DNA from: Candidatus Latescibacterota bacterium
Lineage (GTDB): Bacteria > Latescibacterota > UBA2968 > GCA-2709665
Reading direction: 5' to 3'
NCBI GenBank assembly: GCA_965226795.1
Contig: CBDDDZ010000005.1
Coordinates: 1,120,001 to 1,184,000, forward strand
DNA: 64,000 bases
A program made the position numbers and the translations under genes. The notes beneath the pieces were generated by a model. It did not search any database, was not told where the DNA came from, and saw only the letters and a program-made list of their open reading frames with translations. Shown one piece after another: positions 8,953 through 18,284 of this stretch (positions are counted from its first letter, which is position 1; each line of letters opens with the position of its first letter).

Positions 8953-10462
8953 TCAGGATACCGATTTTCCGAAATGTCTGGCGAAGGCCAGGAAATCTGG
9001 GAAATTGACCTGACCGTCCCCATTCAGATCGAAGGTCGAATCGAAGCCGATCGCGCCCTTCTCTCTGCCAAAATTCCGCGCGAACAGCAGGAAATCACCG
9101 AAATCCACGTGACCGCTGGCATCGAAATCGAGTCTGACGATCGCCTCCCGCTCCCACGTGCGCATCCTGCCCATAAACGCGAGAATCGCTTCGGAATCGA
9201 CGAAATCGTCACTTTCCAATATCAGCACATCCCGCCGGTCTTGCGATACGGCAATCGACCCGGTATCGGAAGGGTACGTTAGCGTGAGCAATTCACGATA
9301 GGCATCCGCGAAATCGTCCGCGTCGTCCGCCGTGTCCCAACTCGTGTACACCAGAAGCAGCAGGTCCCGTCCGTCCCGCGACTGGAACACCGCGTAGCGA
9401 TCTCCATTCCACCCATCCGCCGCCGATTTGCCGCGGACTTCCATGTCGAACTCGGAAAAGATGATCCGCCACGTCAATTCTCCGATCGTATCCTCGTCCA
9501 GCAGCATCCAGTCGTCGAATAGACCCGCTTCCTGAAACGGTGGCCACGTAAACCGGTCCGGTCTTTCCCGGGTGACCCATTTTTCCGGATGCAGGATCTG
9601 TTCGGTCGAAACCGGCGGTTCCGCGTAGAGCCGATTGACGGTGTTCCATCCGTACCCCTGAATCTGGTAGGCAAAATTCATGCCGAAGATGTAGACGATG
9701 GCCTGCTGCAATATCATGAAATCAGGAAGTTTATCGATTGTCTGCAGTTCCCGTGGTGAACTGCCCTGCAATCTAGCAACTTGCTTCATCCCGTCCCGGA
9801 GTGAGTCGACGTCAAAATGCATCTGGCTACCGATCATGCTCTGTAACAGCCCGCGTCCCGGCATCCGCCCATTGCGGTTGTTCAGGGACCAGATGGTCTC
9901 GATGTATGTGGCAAAATGTGGCCTCGCCCTCCCCGACCGCCTGGCGCGCCAGCTGTTCGTCGGAATTCAAAGAATCGACTTGCGCAGGCAGGTATCGGTT
10001 CAGATCGAAATGCTGGTCCTGAAGACCATGGCAGAGTTCGTGGGCCAGTACGGCGTCCAGCACATTCTCAGGAAGGTTTTGTTTCAGGATGTAAAACCTG
10101 TCCACGTCCGGATCGTAATATGCGAGCGTGCCGGATTGCAGAAACGTGAGTACCAGCGAGCGATCGAGGATGAACTCTCCGCTGTATAGCCCCAGTTTTC
10201 GAATCACGAGATCGTAGTATTCCCAGTCCATAGCGGAATATTGCAGGTCGATCTGGCGTTCGGCGTACGCCTGAAACTCGGATGGACTCTGCACCGCGAC
10301 GTCGATGGACCACTTGAACTCAAGCTCCCGGATCTGCGAGATCTCTCCTTCAATCTGCCTGGCTCTGCGCCTGAGTTTCGCCAGACTCTGAGCCCCTACG
10401 GGAACCTCTGAAAGGACGACTGTGAGACAGGCGAACGACGCCAGAAATCGGATGAGGCCCAT
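8953..10462 (-). pseudogene. Secreted HExxH metallopeptidase-like protein with C-terminal EF-hand/dockerin-like repeats, frameshifted
   Basis: Signal peptide MGLIRFLASF..., LAHELCHGLQDQHFDL, EGEAT; frame change at ~9906-9922; 3' part has PPVSTEQILHPEK, ADGWNGDR, DFDASGHVDFGDF and DLNGDGQVNFPDF. Confidence 0.8.
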
Positions 10463-10475
10463 AGGGATCCGAACC

Positions 10476-10886
10476 TCAAGTAACGGATTCTTTTTCAGAG
10501 GCGCGGCGGCGGGCTTCCCGGCCCTTTTCGGGGGTGGGATCTTTAACGAGGCCGTAGGATTCCCTGCCTTCATGTCCTTCCGGCAGGTATTCGGTGACGG
10601 GCAACCCTTCGGGGGTAACGAAGAGCAGGCAATGGCAGTATTTGTAGATCTTCATCTCGTCGCAGGCGCAGATCCATTCCCTGCTGCGTTCGAGTTCCGC
10701 TTTCTTGTCGGGGTAGAAGTTGCACGGGCACAATGGACGACCGAGTTCGTCGACGTGCGCGGCCAGGCCGTTGACAACGGCTTCGGTGATGCCGCGGTCG
10801 GGATGGCCGGTGGTGCCGGTTTTCTCGCAATATTTCTCGAAGTAGACCCACATGCGCTTGAGGCTCTTTTCCGATGGCTGGTCCAT
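10476..10886 (-). CDS. Ferredoxin-thioredoxin reductase catalytic subunit-like protein
   Basis: GLAAHVDELGRPLCPC...WICAC...YCHCLLF: six Cys plus His in the FTR catalytic-chain pattern. Confidence 0.9.
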   Translation of the reverse strand: MDQPSEKSLKRMWVYFEKYCEKTGTTGHPDRGITEAVVNGLAAHVDELGRPLCPCNFYPDKKAELERSREWICACDEMKIYKYCHCLLFVTPEGLPVTEYLPEGHEGRESYGLVKDPTPEKGREARRRASEKESVT

Positions 10887-11005
10887 TGGGGACCTCCGGT
10901 GTGTTTGGGGGTGTCAGGGTCGATGGGTGAAGCGGGAGCGTCAAATTCTGAGCGGATCCGGACTGAGGGCGCCGAAATTGATTTGAACGTGGCTGTATGG
11001 TGAAG

Positions 11006-11377
11006 CTATACGTGCTGATCCACGAGAATGGGATTGCCGTCGGGGTCGACAAGAACGAAACTGGCCGGGCCGGTCGACTCTTCGTCTGCCTCAGATTGCA
11101 AAGCCACGCCTCTTGCTTTGAGTTGCCGTTGTAACTCTCTGACGTCTGTAAACGCATCCAGTTTCGCGGCGTCCTCATCCCAACCCGGATTGAACGTCAG
11201 GATATTTTTTTCAAACATCCCTTGAAACATACCGATTGTACACCCCCTGTTCTTCATTATGAGCCAATTCTGCGATACATCGCCTCCGAAGACCCGAAAT
11301 CCCAGCTTTTCATAAAAGGACTTTGAAATCTGAATACTCTTAACATCCAGACTCACTGAAAATGCACCCAATTTCAT
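11006..11377 (-). CDS. VOC/glyoxalase family protein
   Basis: MKLGAFSVSLDVKSI..SKSFYEKLGF...GPASFVLVDPDGNPILVDQHV; GGAG RBS before ATG 11377. Confidence 0.9.
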   Translation of the reverse strand: MKLGAFSVSLDVKSIQISKSFYEKLGFRVFGGDVSQNWLIMKNRGCTIGMFQGMFEKNILTFNPGWDEDAAKLDAFTDVRELQRQLKARGVALQSEADEESTGPASFVLVDPDGNPILVDQHV

Positions 11378-11532
11378 GTTGTCTCCCGGCAGGCCCTTTG
11401 CGTTGCGGCTGACCTTGCTGTATGGGAATTTCTGATTCGCACCACGCGGCCGATCGGATTGAAAATGGGACCGGGAGGCGCGGGACATTTCGGGGCGAAC
11501 GTAACCGCAACCCGAATTACGGAGTAAAATTC

Positions 11533-11559
11533 AAATCCCCGGTTTTACCGGGGATTTTT
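11533..11559. terminator. Hairpin / terminator
   Basis: AAATCCCCGG-TTTTA-CCGGGGATTT followed by TT. Confidence 0.55.
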
Positions 11560-11659
11560 GGTCTTATCGCGGTGAGTTCGGCAGTTGCGTTCGACATTTC
11601 AGTTGCGGCGGCAATCCGAAGGATCACGCACGATGTGCGTGATTATTGATGGCCGGATC

Positions 11660-12475
11660 CTAATGTAAACTGTTGAGATAGTCCATGGATTTCTTGAGCT
11701 CGGCTTTGGGGTCGCTCCCGGGTGGGATCGCGCATTCAAAGCCGCTGTAATGTCTATAACCGATATCTTCCAGAGCCTGCAGGGCAGGCCTGAAGTCGGT
11801 ATGTCCGTAGCCCGGAAGGATTCGGTTGCTGTCGGCCAGATGCACATTGGTGATCAGTTCGCCGCAGCTGCGAATCGCTTGGGCCATATCGGACTCTTCA
11901 ATGCTCATGTGAAAGAAGTCAGCCATCAAAGTGACACCGGGTCTGTTGACGGCATTGCAGATTTGGAGCCCGTCCGCGAGGGTACACGGCCACCACTGTT
12001 CGTATCGGTTGAGCGGTTCGATAATGACGCTGCATCCGCATGTTTCGGCGTGTGGGGCGATATCTTGCTTGAGAATGTCCGTGAGCAGGCTCGATTCCAG
12101 CTGTGCGGTGGTCGCAAAGGGAGAAAGATCGGGAATACGATGGCCATTCTGGAGTTTTATTGCAATCAGCGGCGGGAATATGACACCTACGCCGCCCAGG
12201 TCGCCGCAGAGTGTGAGCGCGTCTTTAAGGTCCTGCGCCGCCTGCCTTCTTTCCGCGAGCCTTGCATCGAGAAGGCCCATCGTTCCGCGGATTGAAAAGA
12301 TGTTAGGGGTGACGCCTGTTTCCTCAGATGCCTTGCGGATTTCGTCTGCGTGTTCGACCGAGCTGCTGGCTGTGATTTCGATGCCTTCGATGCCGATTTC
12401 CGCAAGGTTGTGGAATTTTTCCAGGATGGAGTTCCCTGGCGCCATATTTTCACGGATGGAGTATTTCAGCGGCAT
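11660..12475 (-). CDS. Sugar phosphate isomerase/epimerase (ketose 3-epimerase-like TIM barrel)
   Basis: IEPLNRYE, ADFFHMSIEE, VHLADSNRILPGYGHTDF, GFEC. Confidence 0.9.
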   Translation of the reverse strand: MPLKYSIRENMAPGNSILEKFHNLAEIGIEGIEITASSSVEHADEIRKASEETGVTPNIFSIRGTMGLLDARLAERRQAAQDLKDALTLCGDLGGVGVIFPPLIAIKLQNGHRIPDLSPFATTAQLESSLLTDILKQDIAPHAETCGCSVIIEPLNRYEQWWPCTLADGLQICNAVNRPGVTLMADFFHMSIEESDMAQAIRSCGELITNVHLADSNRILPGYGHTDFRPALQALEDIGYRHYSGFECAIPPGSDPKAELKKSMDYLNSLH

Positions 12476-12674
12476 ATGGGTCTTCCCGGGTGCCCGGTCA
12501 CGGGCCTATGGATCCAAGTGAAATTGCGGCGGCTGTTGAGCCGTTGAGATAGGACACCTTCACGAATCGCGCAATATAGGGTCTGTGATGTGAAATGTCA
12601 AGGGATGCGCCGGCCGCGTTCGCGGGCCCATTCGAATTTCACGGTAAACCCGGGCGAGTTCGGCCCCGGTCGCA

Positions 12675-15227
12675 TCATTCTGGAATTGAGGGAATCAATC
12701 TGGCGCTCCGAATCCTTTCAATCCGGAACGTCCGCTCGCCTTTGCGGTGCCTGCAAAAGCCGTAAAGTACGCCGTGATCTTCGAAGATCGGTTCAATCGA
12801 ACGAGATGATGCCGTGGCGTTGCGTTCGGCGTGGTATTCGATTTCAAGGCAGAGACAATGGTCGATAGCATATCCGATGAGACTCCGTATGTCGGCCTCA
12901 CCTGTGGCGGGGTTGGTGCCAGGGTAATGAATAAGCGCCTGGATACCGTCGCGAGACCGCCCGCCACTGAACAGCGATTCAAAAGTCTTGCTATAGTCGT
13001 CCACTGCGCCACGGCAGTCGCTATGTGGAATGCTTCGAAGACTCCAGCGAAGACGTTTCAGCAGACGTTCCAGTTCCTCCGGCAGCGGAACCGACCGTGC
13101 AGCGAAGGTCTGTACGGCGGTTTCGAGAAATCCTACCAGTTGTAACAGTTCCGAACTCTTCAGCACAACCTGGTGTTGTTCGTCGTTAGACTCCTTGCAC
13201 GTTATGTTCGGCATATAACCACGCTTGTTCAGGGCATCCAGAAGTTCCTCGACGCGTGTCGACGGGTTGAGTGCGGCAGTAGTCGGTGAGAGTCGTACGC
13301 CAAGATGGGATGCGATTTTTTTCTGTACGAAAAGTTCGTCCAGCAGTTCGGGCCGTTCGCTGACAAGATAGCCGGAAGCCGGCGCGATTTCGATTTCGCC
13401 GTGTTTGCTTTCGCACTCCCGGATCAGGGCGTCCACCATCTCCGGCAATCCGGTGGCGCTGTGGGTCCGAAGAAACTCTCTGAGGGAGGCTCCGTTCCAG
13501 CCCCTGCTCATCGCCATGTGGACGGATTGGGGCGAAATCCGGAATCTTCCCAGTACGTCTACTTCCTTGAGTTCCGCTATGGAAAAAAGTCGGATGTACA
13601 GGGCGAAGGAGAGGTCCGGCGGAGAAAGGATTTCAAGATTTGGTTGCAGGATAAACTGTCCGGTGGGACGGGTCGTTGTTTCTCCGGGAGTATTCACGGG
13701 ATCACGTCCACGTAGGAGCGCCGCGCCGGGGCCGGTGAGTTTGAAGACACCCCGGTGGCCCGGTTTAAGAGGCTCGCCGAACGCATCAGGATTTCCCAGG
13801 CTGACCAGACCCATCCACGTGAGAGCCGATACGAGGATACGCCGGAGCAGTTCGTCGGCGTCGCCGCCGACCGGGTCCCGCCCGGCCGTGGGACGTCCAT
13901 CGAGGTGGGCGAAGGTTTCGGACCGGCGCGTGAGCAGTGTGTAAAATTTCGGGTACGATATCCAGCTGTCTTCAGGACAACTGGCAAGGCAGTCGAGCAG
14001 GTCGCGGCGAAGCGCTCTCAGCGTATCAATCCTGTTGTGAACCCGCGCGTCGGATCGTTCCGCGGTCCACTCATTCCATCGGTCGGTCTCGCGCCAGACG
14101 GTAAGCACGGCCTTCCGAATGTCAAACACCCGTGAGAGTCGGTCAGCAACGTCCCCGGAAAGGTGCCACGTCCTGGCGTCGCATAGGATGAATCCGGCCG
14201 TTTCCGCAAACAGGAGGAGGAATTCAGAATAGCCCGGATCTATGTGGCCCCGGTAATATTTTCTGACGTCTCGAAGCCGGGCCCTGGAAACGCCGCCATG
14301 TTTGAGCGCACGCGGCCTGCGCTGCTCGATAAAACCAAGAAGGGTACACAGATTGGGTACCAGGCAGGACGTCTGCTCCCGGGTCTGGGAGGGGTTTGGT
14401 CCGGTGTGTGCGACAATTTCCTCGAATGTGTCCTCAATCCGGTCGTCCAGGGACTGAATTTCCGGCTTCAGGTCTGAGGCCAGCCGGAGCGGTGTATCGG
14501 TCAGGAGTCGATCGTTTGAATGGAAAAACAGGGGCGTTTTCCAGATCATCTCGTCCAGTGCTCGTAGCCCCCCTTCACCCAGGGAACTAAGGATTTCGTC
14601 CTGCGTGATGGCATCTCCGACCAGAGCCAACTCCAGAATGGCTCTCTTTGTATCCGGAAGTTCGATGATGAATGTTTTCAGATGCTCCGGATCCAGTAGC
14701 CGCTTGCGGATGGCACGCGTCACAAATGCGCGGTGAGTATCTTCGTACGGACAGCCCAGTTCGCTCGCGAAGGCGCGAAGGAGTCCGATGGATCGAGATT
14801 GCATCAGACGGCGGAGCCGACCCTGATCCTTCGCCGGCATGGCAATGGCCTTGAGGACAGGTTCCGGAATTCCTACCAGGCAATTGTCCGCTCCGAGGGT
14901 TTCCGCGTCCTCGAAAACCAGACCCAGGTCGGAAGCTGCGTCCTGCATCTTCTGGAAGCGATGGGTAAAGCCCGCCCCCAACTCTTCGATGGCGTCTTCC
15001 TTGAGCAGTTCGCCTCCCTCAGCGGCCAGGTTGACGACAAACTCCCGATGTTCGGGCTGAAGCGAATTCAATCGTTCCCGGACCTGCGGTGGGTTGGAAA
15101 GATGGCGACACATCAGGTCTATCTGGACCGTTTTGTTGGCGCCGGGGTGAATCGGCAGATCGGTAGACGCGGCGATCCGGCGGAGCCTGTCAATGGGTTG
15201 GTGGCTGAGGACCGCTCTCAATTTCAT
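12675..15227 (-). CDS. XPB/Ssl2-associated helical (Helicase_C_3-like) domain protein with C-terminal WYL domain
   Basis: ILQPNLEILSPP...RFRISPQSVHMAMSRGWNGASLREFLRTHSATGLPEMV; C-terminal LEIEYH...SRSIEPI...LYGFCRHRKGERTFRIERI; no Walker A or DEAH motif. Confidence 0.85.
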   Translation of the reverse strand: MKLRAVLSHQPIDRLRRIAASTDLPIHPGANKTVQIDLMCRHLSNPPQVRERLNSLQPEHREFVVNLAAEGGELLKEDAIEELGAGFTHRFQKMQDAASDLGLVFEDAETLGADNCLVGIPEPVLKAIAMPAKDQGRLRRLMQSRSIGLLRAFASELGCPYEDTHRAFVTRAIRKRLLDPEHLKTFIIELPDTKRAILELALVGDAITQDEILSSLGEGGLRALDEMIWKTPLFFHSNDRLLTDTPLRLASDLKPEIQSLDDRIEDTFEEIVAHTGPNPSQTREQTSCLVPNLCTLLGFIEQRRPRALKHGGVSRARLRDVRKYYRGHIDPGYSEFLLLFAETAGFILCDARTWHLSGDVADRLSRVFDIRKAVLTVWRETDRWNEWTAERSDARVHNRIDTLRALRRDLLDCLASCPEDSWISYPKFYTLLTRRSETFAHLDGRPTAGRDPVGGDADELLRRILVSALTWMGLVSLGNPDAFGEPLKPGHRGVFKLTGPGAALLRGRDPVNTPGETTTRPTGQFILQPNLEILSPPDLSFALYIRLFSIAELKEVDVLGRFRISPQSVHMAMSRGWNGASLREFLRTHSATGLPEMVDALIRECESKHGEIEIAPASGYLVSERPELLDELFVQKKIASHLGVRLSPTTAALNPSTRVEELLDALNKRGYMPNITCKESNDEQHQVVLKSSELLQLVGFLETAVQTFAARSVPLPEELERLLKRLRWSLRSIPHSDCRGAVDDYSKTFESLFSGGRSRDGIQALIHYPGTNPATGEADIRSLIGYAIDHCLCLEIEYHAERNATASSRSIEPIFEDHGVLYGFCRHRKGERTFRIERIRSARLIPSIPE

Positions 15228-15278
15228 AGGGCACCGTTGAACTCTGTATTGTCGAAACGTGAAAAATCCGCAGAAACG

Positions 15279-15347
15279 AAAAAACCGACTCCCACAGGCC
15301 GGCCAACCATCCTAAAGCAGTATAGAATAAATAGTAAGCCTTGTCAA
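15279..15347 (-). promoter_or_regulatory. Sigma70-like promoter followed by a hairpin and U-tract upstream of the WYL gene
   Basis: Minus strand TTGACA(15347-15342)-17-TATACT(15324-15319), then GGCCGGC-loop-GTCGGTT plus a T run. Confidence 0.65.
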
Positions 15348-15479
15348 GGCGCAATATCCGGGTTGCGTCTGAAGAGAAAAAAGCGGGATTTCGAGCGTCC
15401 AATTCGTATATTGTCGCGTCGCCTGACAACAATTTCACCGGGGTTTCGCCCGCAATACCCGAAAATCATCAGAGGACCG

Positions 15480-16079
15480 ATGACCCTTCTCTGCGTTCAG
15501 CGGGTCGTGGCACGTACGATATCGGCGGTACTCAGCCCGCCGCTCGCGGCGGCCGGCGTGTCGTTCCTGTTGATTTTCCGGCTCACGGCGCCCCTGACAC
15601 ATCGCGCCGGCTGGCTGAGCATTTGTCTGGTCTTTGCGACCTGTTTGCCGACGCTATATGTCGGACTCCTGGTGGCGCGCAAGGAGGTGGATGGATTCTA
15701 TATTGCAATTCGATCCCGCCGCCGGACGCCGCTGCTGGTGAGTTCCGCAAGTTGCTTCGCGGGATTTGTCCTGCTGTGGGCTACGGACGCGCCCCCGCCG
15801 GTTAGTGCGTTTTTGCTCAGCTATGCCGTGCTGGGACTGATAGCCGCCGGGACGAACGCGCGATGGAAGATAAGCCTGCATGCGGCGGGCATGTTTGGTC
15901 CGTTGGCGATGCTTCATCATTTGCTGGGGACTTCGGCCATATACTGGCTTCCCCTGCCGTTGGCGGTCTCGTGGGCGCGTATCGTTATTGGCGCGCACTC
16001 GATTCCGCAGGTTGCGGCCGGCTGCGGGATGGGCTATCTGGTCGTCCGGGTCGTGGCCGCTCTGTATATGACCGACTGA
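15480..16079 (+). CDS. PAP2-superfamily-like membrane protein
   Basis: Multiple hydrophobic segments; WKISLHAAG and VSWARIVIGAHSIPQVAAG motifs; ATG 15480 after GAGGA. Confidence 0.8.
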   Translation: MTLLCVQRVVARTISAVLSPPLAAAGVSFLLIFRLTAPLTHRAGWLSICLVFATCLPTLYVGLLVARKEVDGFYIAIRSRRRTPLLVSSASCFAGFVLLWATDAPPPVSAFLLSYAVLGLIAAGTNARWKISLHAAGMFGPLAMLHHLLGTSAIYWLPLPLAVSWARIVIGAHSIPQVAAGCGMGYLVVRVVAALYMTD

Positions 16080-16164
16080 ACCGAGGAGGTAGTTTTTCCC
16101 GTCTTGCCCGCCAGAGAAAACCCCGGATGATCGTTATCCGGAGTTTTAAGAGATATACAAAGGA

Positions 16165-17397
16165 CTAACCTCCATAAACTTCCGTGTCCTGCCAGAACGT
16201 GATCCATGCGAACCAGAAGGCGCCGTGCCCCGGGATTTTTAGCAGCACATTGTCTTTCAGGGGCCCCGCAATAGCCCGGCCTTTCAAATCCCATGTGGAA
16301 TGGGTCTCCCGATCCCGCAACATGAAGGGGTAGGTCTGCAAGGTGGACGGAATTTTCTCAAAGTTCAGCGTCAGTTGTCCATAGTCCCGGCTGAAGGCCA
16401 CAGCCATTTGTTCGGCCGCATACCATACCACAACGATGTTTCTTTCCGCCAGCGTGTCATTGATTACCGCCTCTTCGCCCAGGGCCGATAGCGGATATGC
16501 TTTTGCTTTTTCGACAAACCGAATCCCGAACGTCAGTTCCTTGGGTAAAAAGAGCCCCGCGAGCGGATTGTCTTCAAGACGTGGAAACAACTGAGACCGC
16601 GGGCCGGAATCGGGATCCCGGTATAATCCATAAGGATAAACATTATAAACGCTTACGTCAAACGCGCCAGGTGTGTTGCTGCTGATGACGAACGTGTCGG
16701 GATAGAGTTGTTTCCAGTATCGCCACGTGGTTTCAATGAATGGCGGGGTATTCAGAATCCATCCGGTCCTGACGCCTGAAATGCCCGTATGTGTCATCTG
16801 GGGATAGCGAATCTGTTCGTCGTTCAGATCGTACATAATCAGGTTGTTGTTAAAGAGTTCTCCGGATGCGCCAAACTTGAGCCGGTTGATCGCGCCGCCA
16901 CTCCACGCCGCGAATACGATGCCGCTGCCTGTTAACGGCGAGAATGTGACCGCGATCGGCTGGCCACCGATGCGGTCGTTGACGATCTGGTGGTACCACG
17001 CGATTTTGTGGGGATAGGCTTTGGAAATGCCGTTGAGACGCACGCCGATTACCGGGTCGTCGTCCGACAGATAACGGGCTTCAGCGGAAGCGGCGGGAAC
17101 AAACCGCGGGTCGATCAGGGCCGATGCAGCGTCATTTTGAGAAACCCGCCCGATTTTGTCGTGGGGAAATGTCAGTGGGTTGAGGAAATTTCGCTCGGTG
17201 AAGTTGACGGACCGGGTTCCGCTCGAATCCGAATTGCCACCCGCGCCGTCCTGGAGGACGGTTTTGAAGTTCTCGGTGCCGTGCCGATCGGGCGAGTCGG
17301 CTGAATCGGTGGGTGTTTCCCTTCCGCAGTTTAGGACGCTTAATAGTAGGAGAGACAGAGGAAGCAGGAATGGGAGTCGTGTAATCAAGGGCGTCAT
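16165..17397 (-). CDS. DUF3179 domain lipoprotein (paralogue A)
   Basis: Lipobox-like VLNC; KAYPHKIAWYHQIVND, FSPLTGSG, SGELFNNNLIMYD, RETHSTWDLKG, AFWFAW. Confidence 0.85.
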   Translation of the reverse strand: MTPLITRLPFLLPLSLLLLSVLNCGRETPTDSADSPDRHGTENFKTVLQDGAGGNSDSSGTRSVNFTERNFLNPLTFPHDKIGRVSQNDAASALIDPRFVPAASAEARYLSDDDPVIGVRLNGISKAYPHKIAWYHQIVNDRIGGQPIAVTFSPLTGSGIVFAAWSGGAINRLKFGASGELFNNNLIMYDLNDEQIRYPQMTHTGISGVRTGWILNTPPFIETTWRYWKQLYPDTFVISSNTPGAFDVSVYNVYPYGLYRDPDSGPRSQLFPRLEDNPLAGLFLPKELTFGIRFVEKAKAYPLSALGEEAVINDTLAERNIVVVWYAAEQMAVAFSRDYGQLTLNFEKIPSTLQTYPFMLRDRETHSTWDLKGRAIAGPLKDNVLLKIPGHGAFWFAWITFWQDTEVYGG

Positions 17398-17553
17398 ATC
17401 AATTCGTCACCGGCGCTAAATCTGGAGGGTTATGTTTCCGACCACGTCGGGACGTGAACGAAACTGTCGGACGCGGCAAGCCCTTTTCCCGTCGCAAATG
17501 GCCCGGCCCCGTAGTGGCGGGACCGGGCCGGGCGCATCAGGTTTTACCGGGGC

Positions 17554-18177
17554 CTACCTGAAGAACATCGATACCCCGACCGTCGCAACGTGCCGGTTCA
17601 GGCGCCGGCCCCCGGTAAACAGGGCGACGTAAGAGTACCGGGTGGTGAGCGCCGTCCGGTAGGAAAGTACGCGCCTGAGCCCGATTCCTCCGCCCACTTC
17701 GCCAATGTCGTCCCACCCCCAGAAGTCTCTGGCGGCGAATGCCTCGAGGAACGGCGAGGTGCGCCTGTCCACTTTTAGCGGAATGTTGAGCCTATAGAAG
17801 CCGGCCATCGAGCAGCCGAATCCGTCTTCGGCCGACACGGGGTATCCCGTTGTGGTCTGTACGGGCGGCCGCGGTGTCTCTATTAGTTCTCTTCGATCTC
17901 CCCAGCGATCGTTCGCCTGATTGCCGGCCACAAAGGACCCGCCGATCTGGTGCAGGCGGCTCAGTGAATATCCAACCGACACGCCGCCTTGATAGACCAC
18001 TGAGCCGTCGGAAATACCGACCGACAGAATGGGGATGACCTCCAGACGTCCCGCGCGAACGGGATTCAGGGTCACGCCCGTTTCACCTACGGGTTCCTCT
18101 CCCGGAAAAAGGTCGGCGTGCGCGAGGGTCGCCCATGCCAGCATTCCAGCCGTCAGAAAAACGATTACGCTTCTCAT
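17554..18177 (-). CDS. Hypothetical exported protein, probable small outer-membrane beta-barrel
   Basis: Signal peptide MRSVIVFLTAGMLAWATLAHA; alternating beta-strand pattern; ends ATVGVSMFFR; AAGGA RBS. Confidence 0.65.
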   Translation of the reverse strand: MRSVIVFLTAGMLAWATLAHADLFPGEEPVGETGVTLNPVRAGRLEVIPILSVGISDGSVVYQGGVSVGYSLSRLHQIGGSFVAGNQANDRWGDRRELIETPRPPVQTTTGYPVSAEDGFGCSMAGFYRLNIPLKVDRRTSPFLEAFAARDFWGWDDIGEVGGGIGLRRVLSYRTALTTRYSYVALFTGGRRLNRHVATVGVSMFFR

Positions 18178-18284
18178 GGTGCGAATCCTTTCTTTATGTG
18201 GTGTCCGTTCAGCGCGCCAGCGGACAACCTTCCTGTCATGGCAATGGATTCCGCGGTATTGCCGTCGCTGAAAAGGATTTTTCT

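Noticed and set aside
14733..15479. Long N-terminal extension of the PAP2-like ORF
   Set aside because: It overlaps the WYL gene on the opposite strand and its promoter; the RBS and hydrophobic domain begin at 15480.
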